Assembly (NCBI GenBank): GCA_044450345.1
Contig: JBIOIY010000004.1
Location: forward strand, 64,001-128,000
DNA length: 64,000 nt
Source: Thermodesulfovibrionales bacterium
GTDB lineage: Bacteria > Nitrospirota > Thermodesulfovibrionia > Thermodesulfovibrionales > UBA6898
Direction of reading: 5' to 3'
The notes under the pieces were generated by a model, which was not told the DNA's origin, ran no database searches, and was given only the letters and a program-made list of their open reading frames with translations. Below, piece by piece: positions 57,804 to 64,000 of the stretch; positions within the stretch are counted from its first letter, which is position 1; every line of letters begins with the position of its first letter. Both the position numbers and the translations under genes were made by a program.

Positions 57804-58462
57804 CCGATTTCCTCCCCGACAAGCGCACCCATCTCAAGTCTTAAGACCCTTTTGCCGCTGTTCCTGTAGAGCTCGCGGTTGTGGGTGGCTATCATAATTG
57901 TAGTCCCCTTGGCGTGAATGTCCTTGAAGGTCTTCATGACGCCTTCTGCCGTAAGGGAATCGAGGTTCCCCGTCGGTTCGTCGGCGAGGACTACGGTGGG
58001 CTCGGCCACGATCGCCCTCGATATGACCACCCTCTGCTGCTCACCGCCCGAAAGACGTCTGGGGTACACATCGGCCTTGTGCCGGAGGTTGACCGCCTTG
58101 AGCGTCTCGTATACTTTTGTCTTTAACTCTTTTTCACCGACGCCCCTGAGCCTGAGTGCGATTGCGACATTCTCGAAGACATTTCTGTTTTCGAGAAGCC
58201 TGAAATCCTGAAAGACAACGCCTATGTTCCGTCTGAGAAAAGGGATGCTCGATTCTTTCAGTTGTTCCGTGTCCCACCCGTCGACGGATATAGTCCCTTT
58301 GTCCGGTTTTTCGGCATAGTATATCAGCTTCAGTAATGTGGTCTTACCCGAGCCGCTTGGTCCCGTAACGAATACCATCTCCCCTTTTTCTACGGAAAAG
58401 GTCAGGTCCTTCAGGGCGGTGAGGTTGTCGTAGTCTTTTGTGACGCCGGCAAACCGGATCAT
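57800..58462 (-). CDS. ftsE: Cell division ATPase FtsE
   Basis: GPSGSGKT, IGVVFQDFRLL, LSGGEQQR, ADEPTGNLD. Confidence 0.94.
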   Translation of the reverse strand: MIRFAGVTKDYDNLTALKDLTFSVEKGEMVFVTGPSGSGKTTLLKLIYYAEKPDKGTISVDGWDTEQLKESSIPFLRRNIGVVFQDFRLLENRNVFENVAIALRLRGVGEKELKTKVYETLKAVNLRHKADVYPRRLSGGEQQRVVISRAIVAEPTVVLADEPTGNLDSLTAEGVMKTFKDIHAKGTTIMIATHNRELYRNSGKRVLRLEMGALVGEEIG

Positions 58463-58472
58463 TGATGTGATC

Positions 58473-58871
58473 TTATTCCCCTCCCTTGATTATATAATCG
58501 AGAAGCACGTCGTCAAGGCTCTTCGGGATCTGTTGCAGGGGCGGTTCTTTCACTTCCGGCTCCTGTCCCTTCGGTTCGTCTTTTTCAGCAGGGGCTTTTT
58601 CTCCGGCATTTTGATCGAGGTCGCTGGTGTAACTGCCCCGGATCAGCTCTTTCATCATGTTCTTGTGCTGCTCCTTCATGAGCTCCCTTACTCTTTCTTT
58701 ATAATCAGGGCTTGAAGCGAGGGCTGCATAACTGAATTTTTTCGATGCGAGGATAGTCCCTTTGTAATAGAGAAGGGTAATTACGATAGGGTTCTTGAGA
58801 CCGTTATCCTCTGTCTGGATATGGTAGAGTTTACCTTTATAAGGAACGTTCGTATTATAACCGACTAACAT
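58473..58871 (-). CDS. Conserved hypothetical protein
   Basis: GYNTNV.YKG..YHIQTED..., LMKEQHK and SLDDVLLDY pattern. Confidence 0.75.
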   Translation of the reverse strand: MLVGYNTNVPYKGKLYHIQTEDNGLKNPIVITLLYYKGTILASKKFSYAALASSPDYKERVRELMKEQHKNMMKELIRGSYTSDLDQNAGEKAPAEKDEPKGQEPEVKEPPLQQIPKSLDDVLLDYIIKGGE

Positions 58872-59027
58872 GCGTTTAGCTGTTGCGTCCTGATGATCAA
58901 TATTATAATGACTAAAGGGGCAAAAAGTGAAGGGGCCGCCGACTCTGGTGTGAAAAGTGCGAAGTCTGTATCCCTCCGTGTACGGGCCCGAAACGCTGAC
59001 AGATCGGCGAAGGTCTGAAGAGCGAAA

Positions 59028-59363
59028 TTACTCGCCCGAGACTATATCGATAAGTTTTGACCTTTCCTTCATCTGTTCGGTAAGTACTTCGCGCATTAGC
59101 ACGCAGGCCTGGACGACCTTGGGGTTTGCGATGCGGTAGTAGATGTTTACGCCGTCTCTCCGCGATTTCAGTATGCCCTTATGCCTCATCACCGCGAGGT
59201 GCTGTGAAACGTTCGCCTTGGGAACGCCGAGGATATCGACAAGTTCGCCGACGGTCTTTTCACCGTCTTTGAGGGCATTGATTATCTCCAGCCTTTTCGG
59301 GCTCGCTAGGGTCTTGCAGACCTCGGACTGCAGTTCGAACAACGTCTTGTTCTGTTGTTTCAT
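59028..59363 (-). CDS. ArsR/SmtB-family repressor
   Basis: LASPKRLEI, VGEL, VSQHLAVMR, RRDG..IYY. Confidence 0.92.
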   Translation of the reverse strand: MKQQNKTLFELQSEVCKTLASPKRLEIINALKDGEKTVGELVDILGVPKANVSQHLAVMRHKGILKSRRDGVNIYYRIANPKVVQACVLMREVLTEQMKERSKLIDIVSGE

Positions 59364-59521
59364 CGTACCTATTCTATTTTTTCGGGCGTTAAAACGTCAA
59401 GAAAAAAGTTTTACTGTCCGGAATCTTTGTCCCATTAGGTGATGAAGCATCCCGCAGTGTTTACTCACAAGCGATTTTTGTGATAAAATTTATCATCTTC
59501 AAATCTACTTAAATAATCCCG

Positions 59522-60469
59522 GTGAATATGTCAAAACAATTTGCAATAGGTATCGACCTCGGGGGTACCAACCTCCGAGTAGCGCTCGTGTCCGACGAGG
59601 GAGAAATCATCAGAAAGATAAAGAGACCGTCATCGGACCGGATCGTTGCCTCGATTCTGGAATCGATTGATGAAATCGGCCAGGCGGGAGTTCTTGGGAT
59701 CGGGCTCGGGATAGCGGGGCTCGTAGACAGGAAGAACAACAGGGTCTTCGCGTCGCCGAACCTGCGCGCGGCAGAGGGAGTCGATATAGTAGGGGAGATC
59801 AGGAGGAGGTTCGATGTCCCCGTCTATATGGAAAACGACGCTAATGCGGCGGCGCTGGGAGAAAAAATAGGAGGTGCGGGAAGGAGTTTCGATAACTTCG
59901 TCCTGCTTACCCTGGGTATGGGTATCGGCGGCGGGATGGTCTACAGAGGAAAATTGGTCAAGGTATCGGCCGAGATTGGGCACATGAGCATCAATGCGGA
60001 CGCTGAAAAATGTCCTTGCGGAAATATCGGCTGTCTTGAAAACTATGCATCGGCGAGGGCGATGGTATCCAAGGCGGTGACCCTGCTGGAAAAGGGCGCG
60101 GAAAGTCTACTGAAGGAATGCTGCAAGGGGAGCATTTATAAAATAACGCCGGAAGATATATACAGGACCGCCCTGGAAGGCGATATGCTGTCCAGGGAGA
60201 TCCTGAGGGACGCAGGCAAACATCTCGGTGTGGGGCTTGCGAATATCATCAACATCTTCAGCCCCGAGGCGATCATCCTTGCCGGCGGGCTCATAGGCGC
60301 CTGGAACATATATGTGCATGAGGCGATAAAAGAGGCGTCGAGAAGGGCCTATAAGGACCTGTTCGATTCGGTGAAAATCATACCCTCTTCTCTCAGCGAC
60401 AATGCGGGTGTCATCGGTGCCGCGTGCCTGGTCTTTAACGGACTCTCGCGAGAAGTCACGTTATCCTGA
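59522..60469 (+). CDS. ROK-family kinase (glucokinase)
   Basis: IDLGGTN, ENDANAAALGE, EIGH, CPCGNIGCLE. Confidence 0.92.
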   Translation: MNMSKQFAIGIDLGGTNLRVALVSDEGEIIRKIKRPSSDRIVASILESIDEIGQAGVLGIGLGIAGLVDRKNNRVFASPNLRAAEGVDIVGEIRRRFDVPVYMENDANAAALGEKIGGAGRSFDNFVLLTLGMGIGGGMVYRGKLVKVSAEIGHMSINADAEKCPCGNIGCLENYASARAMVSKAVTLLEKGAESLLKECCKGSIYKITPEDIYRTALEGDMLSREILRDAGKHLGVGLANIINIFSPEAIILAGGLIGAWNIYVHEAIKEASRRAYKDLFDSVKIIPSSLSDNAGVIGAACLVFNGLSREVTLS

Positions 60470-60472
60470 TAC

Positions 60473-62260
60473 ATGTCGAAAAACATACGCAACTTCTCGA
60501 TCATTGCCCACATAGACCACGGAAAGTCTACGCTTGCCGACCGGCTGCTCGAATACACGGGCGCCCTTAGCGCAAGGGAGATGACGGCGCAGGTCCTCGA
60601 TTCTATGGACCTCGAAAAAGAGCGGGGAATTACCATCAAGGCGCACGCCGTGAGGCTTGTCTATAAGGCGGATAACGGGGAGGCATACATCCTCAACCTC
60701 ATCGATACGCCCGGACACGTCGATTTCTCTTATGAAGTCTCCAGGAGTCTCGCTTCATGCGAAGGCGCCCTTCTCGTTGTCGATGCGACCCAGGGGGTCG
60801 AGGCGCAGACGCTCGCCAATGCTTACCTTGCCATAGAGCACGACCTGGAGATCATCCCTGTGATCAACAAGATAGACCTCCCGAGCGCGGAGCCGGCGAA
60901 GACTAAAGAGCAGATCGAGGACGCTGTCGGCATCGATTGCGCGGAAGCGGTGCTGGCGAGCGCGAAGGAAGGGATAGGCACCAAGGAGATTCTCGAAGCG
61001 ATCGTAAAAAGGGTCCCTCCGCCCTCGGGGACTGACGTGCGTCCGCTGAAGGCGCTTATTTTCGATTCCTGGTTTGACAACTACCAGGGCGTTATTGTTC
61101 TCGTCAGGGTATTTGACGGAAGGGTCCGGGCGGGGATGAAAATCAAGATGATGGTGATGGGAAGTACGTTCGAGGTGTCGCAGGTTGGCGTGTTTACTCC
61201 CAAGATGGAGGCCGCAGCGGAACTGACTGCGGGCGAAGTCGGATATATTATCGCAGGCATAAAAAGCGTGACGGAGACGAAAATAGGAGATACGATAACG
61301 GATGCGGATAACCCTGTTGACGAGCCGTGTCCCGGCTATAAGGACATAAACCCCTTGGTATTTTGCGGGTTCTATCCGACCTCCACCCATCAATACGAAA
61401 ACCTCAGGGACGCACTGAATAAACTAAGGCTTAACGACGCTTCCTTCAACTACGAACCGGAAACGTCGCTTGCGCTGGGGTTCGGCTTCAGGTGCGGGTT
61501 CCTCGGGCTTCTGCACATGGAGATCATACAGGAGAGGCTTGAGCGGGAATTTGACCTGTCCCTGCTGAGCACCGCCCCCACGGTTGTGTACAGGGTCACG
61601 AAGACCGATGGCGAAGTTATCTTTATAGATAATCCGGCACTGCTTCCCGAAAAGTTTGAAATGATAGAAGAGCCTTTTGTTATTACCACGATATTCGTCC
61701 CCAAGGACTTTATCGGCCCTATTCTGGACCTCTGTCAGGAGAAAAGGGGTGTCCAGAAGAGCTTCGGCTATATCGGCAAGGACCGGATAAGGGTGGAATA
61801 CGAACTGCCTCTGAACGAAATCCTCTGGGACTTTTATGACAGGCTGAAGTCTTTCTCCAAGGGATATGCTTCGATGGATTATGAATTTCTTGGATACCGT
61901 GAGTCTGACCTCGTAAAGCTGAATATCCTCCTGAACGGCGAACCGGTTGACGCCCTTTCCTTGATAGTTCATAAGGACAAGGCGTATTATAAGGGGAGGC
62001 AACTCACTGAAAAGCTGAGAGAGATCATACCGAGACAGATGTATGAGGTCGCGATACAGGCCGCGATCGGCGGTAAAATTATCGCCAGGGAAAGCGTCAG
62101 GGCACTCAGAAAGGATGTTATCGCCAAATGCTACGGCGGCGATATCACCCGAAAGAGGAAACTGCTCGAAAAACAGAAGGAGGGCAAGAAAAGGATGAAG
62201 CAGGTGGGGCGTGTCGAACTCCCTCAAGAGGCCTTCCTCGCTGTCCTAAAACTGAAATGA
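60473..62260 (+). CDS. lepA: Elongation factor 4
   Basis: [34 protein letters not shown]. Confidence 0.97.
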   Translation: MSKNIRNFSIIAHIDHGKSTLADRLLEYTGALSAREMTAQVLDSMDLEKERGITIKAHAVRLVYKADNGEAYILNLIDTPGHVDFSYEVSRSLASCEGALLVVDATQGVEAQTLANAYLAIEHDLEIIPVINKIDLPSAEPAKTKEQIEDAVGIDCAEAVLASAKEGIGTKEILEAIVKRVPPPSGTDVRPLKALIFDSWFDNYQGVIVLVRVFDGRVRAGMKIKMMVMGSTFEVSQVGVFTPKMEAAAELTAGEVGYIIAGIKSVTETKIGDTITDADNPVDEPCPGYKDINPLVFCGFYPTSTHQYENLRDALNKLRLNDASFNYEPETSLALGFGFRCGFLGLLHMEIIQERLEREFDLSLLSTAPTVVYRVTKTDGEVIFIDNPALLPEKFEMIEEPFVITTIFVPKDFIGPILDLCQEKRGVQKSFGYIGKDRIRVEYELPLNEILWDFYDRLKSFSKGYASMDYEFLGYRESDLVKLNILLNGEPVDALSLIVHKDKAYYKGRQLTEKLREIIPRQMYEVAIQAAIGGKIIARESVRALRKDVIAKCYGGDITRKRKLLEKQKEGKKRMKQVGRVELPQEAFLAVLKLK

Positions 62261-62889
62261 AACCACGGAAGAGAAAATCGAATATACGGGAGACCATAGA
62301 GGCGGTTGTTGTCGCTTTTTTGATCGCTCTTGTTATAAGGACTTTTGTCATCCAGGCGTTCAAGATCCCTTCGGGGTCCATGATACCCACCCTTCTCGTG
62401 GGAGACCACATCTTAGTCAATAAGTTCCTGCTCGGGACCCCGGTGGATATCCCTTTTACGAACATCACACTTTTCAGGATGCCGGGACTCAGGAATGCCC
62501 AGAGGGGCGACATCGTTGTCTTCAAGTATCCTGAAGACCCCAAGAGGGATTTCATAAAAAGGGTAATCGGGGTGGGCGGCGATGTCGTCATGGCAAAGGA
62601 CAAAAACGTATATGTGAACGGCCGCAGGCTCGTTGAGCCCTATACGCAGCATGTTGACGAAGAGATCAAGCCCGGTCAGTTCGACAAAAGAGATAACTTC
62701 GGGCCTGTTGTCGTGCCCGCGGGGGCTGTTTTTGTTATGGGAGACAACAGGGACCAGAGTTACGACAGCAGATTCTGGGGGTTTGTCCCTGATTCGGAGA
62801 TCAAGGGAAAGGCCGTCATCATTTACTGGTCCTGGGACAGCGATAAGACATGGGTCCGTTTCAGCAGGATAGGGAGTCTCGTAAAATGA
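62257..62889 (+). CDS. lepB: Signal peptidase I (start at MKPRK)
   Basis: [31 protein letters not shown]. Confidence 0.95.
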   Translation: MKPRKRKSNIRETIEAVVVAFLIALVIRTFVIQAFKIPSGSMIPTLLVGDHILVNKFLLGTPVDIPFTNITLFRMPGLRNAQRGDIVVFKYPEDPKRDFIKRVIGVGGDVVMAKDKNVYVNGRRLVEPYTQHVDEEIKPGQFDKRDNFGPVVVPAGAVFVMGDNRDQSYDSRFWGFVPDSEIKGKAVIIYWSWDSDKTWVRFSRIGSLVK

Positions 62890-63233
62890 AAGGGAGAATA
62901 GGCAGACAAGGATTTATAACGACTTTGCTGCTTCTGTTGTTCCTCGGCGCGTTGGGTTTCGTGGGCATATCCTTCGGCAAACCGTATATGCGTTACAACA
63001 CCCTCAGATCACATACGAAAGACATACTTTCATCGGAGATAAATGTATTGCCGGCCATCAAGGAAAAGATCATGGCAGACGCCGCCGAACTGAAGGTCCC
63101 GCTCAAGGAAGAAAATCTTGAATTGACTATGGACAATAAAATCATCAAGGTCAAGGCGACATGGTCGGAGACGGTGAATTTCTGGGACTACTATCAGAAA
63201 CAGCTCGATTTTGTCATGGAGGTTGAATACTGA
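62886..63233 (+). CDS. Membrane-anchored pilin-like protein (DUF4845-like), start at MKGRI
   Basis: QG|FIT hydrophobic N-terminus; position after lepB. Confidence 0.65.
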   Translation: MKGRIGRQGFITTLLLLLFLGALGFVGISFGKPYMRYNTLRSHTKDILSSEINVLPAIKEKIMADAAELKVPLKEENLELTMDNKIIKVKATWSETVNFWDYYQKQLDFVMEVEY

Positions 63234-63869
63234 TTGTTTACCGGTCTCGTCGTAGAAATGGGGGAGATAGTCTCTATTGCGAAGCGGAACAACGGTGTGC
63301 GCCTTTATCTGAATGCCGGCAGCGTCTCTGCAGACGCACAGATCGGCGACAGCATATCGGTAAACGGGACGTGTCTTACTGTGGTGGAAATCAAGGGTAA
63401 GACGCTTGGGTTCGATATGTCCGACGAAACGCTGAGATCGACGAACCTCGGCAGCCTGAGGGCGAAAGACAGGGTGAACCTCGAACCGTCTCTAAGGCTT
63501 GATTCAAGGCTCGGTGGACATTTTGTGACAGGCCATATCGATGGCGTCGGAACAATCAAGTCAAAGTCTGCAGCCGGCGATGCGCATAAAATCGTTATCG
63601 GCGCGGGCAAGGACATAACCCGGTTTCTCGTTGAAAAAGGGTCCGTTGCCGTAGACGGGATAAGCCTTACGGTCGTGGAAGTACTGTCAAATGGTTTTTC
63701 GATCGTAATAATCCCGCATACAGCAGCGTTGACGACGATAGGGTTTAAAGGCCCCGGGGACACGGTGAATATAGAGGTTGATATTTTGGGCAAGTATGTT
63801 TCAAAATTTCTGCATAAAGGGCAGGATTCGGGGCTGGTGAAGGCCCTTTCGGAAGAGGGGTTTATGTGA
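63234..63869 (+). CDS. ribE: Riboflavin synthase alpha chain
   Basis: MFTG start, GTCLTV, RLGGHFVTGH, KGSVAVDGISLT. Confidence 0.95.
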   Translation: MFTGLVVEMGEIVSIAKRNNGVRLYLNAGSVSADAQIGDSISVNGTCLTVVEIKGKTLGFDMSDETLRSTNLGSLRAKDRVNLEPSLRLDSRLGGHFVTGHIDGVGTIKSKSAAGDAHKIVIGAGKDITRFLVEKGSVAVDGISLTVVEVLSNGFSIVIIPHTAALTTIGFKGPGDTVNIEVDILGKYVSKFLHKGQDSGLVKALSEEGFM

Positions 63870-63914
63870 CGCGTTCTTGTGCGGGGCAAAAAGGGTATTT
63901 AAGGAGACTCTACA

Positions 63915-64000
63915 ATGTTTAGGAATAAGTGTAACACGATAGACGAAGCTATCGAAGACATGGCCAAAGGAAAGATGGTCATCCTGGTCGACGACGAGGA
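63915..64000 (+). CDS. ribBA: N-terminus of DHBP synthase / GTP cyclohydrolase II, truncated by the window edge
   Basis: MFRNKCNTIDEAIEDMAKGKMVILVDDE; RBS AAGGAG; follows ribE. Confidence 0.85.
   Translation, partial: MFRNKCNTIDEAIEDMAKGKMVILVDDE

Overview
Mostly core chromosome of a moderately GC-rich anaerobic-type bacterium. Gene content and order suggest Nitrospirota/Thermodesulfovibrionia or Desulfobacterota, which is inference only. Housekeeping genes include larC, a DHH-CBS tRNA nucleotidyltransferase, dinG, cobA-hemD, bioA, dnaE, accA, uvrC, ctpA-envC-ftsXE, lepAB and ribE/ribBA, plus a lipid-glycosylation operon and a type IV minor-pilin/PilY1 operon with a sigma54-type promoter. 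Four accessory or unusual elements stand out. (1) A candidate c-di-GMP-gated signalling module: a degenerate GEMM-I-like riboswitch with an overlapping terminator, then a PilZ-fused PhcB-like SAM methyltransferase, then a membrane PAS histidine kinase. (2) An integrase-less 3.4-kb islet in tRNA-Sec with 29-bp att repeats, carrying a primase-helicase fusion and a HigBA-type TA pair whose toxin has an amber stop. (3) An apparently intact IS607 (TnpA+TnpB) inserted between a Shine-Dalgarno AGGAG and its start codon. (4) Palindromic REP/MITE-like repeats inserted in frame inside three enzyme genes (hemD, arnT-like, bioA). No CRISPR array or rRNA was seen. All calls come from motif recognition by eye; no searches were run.
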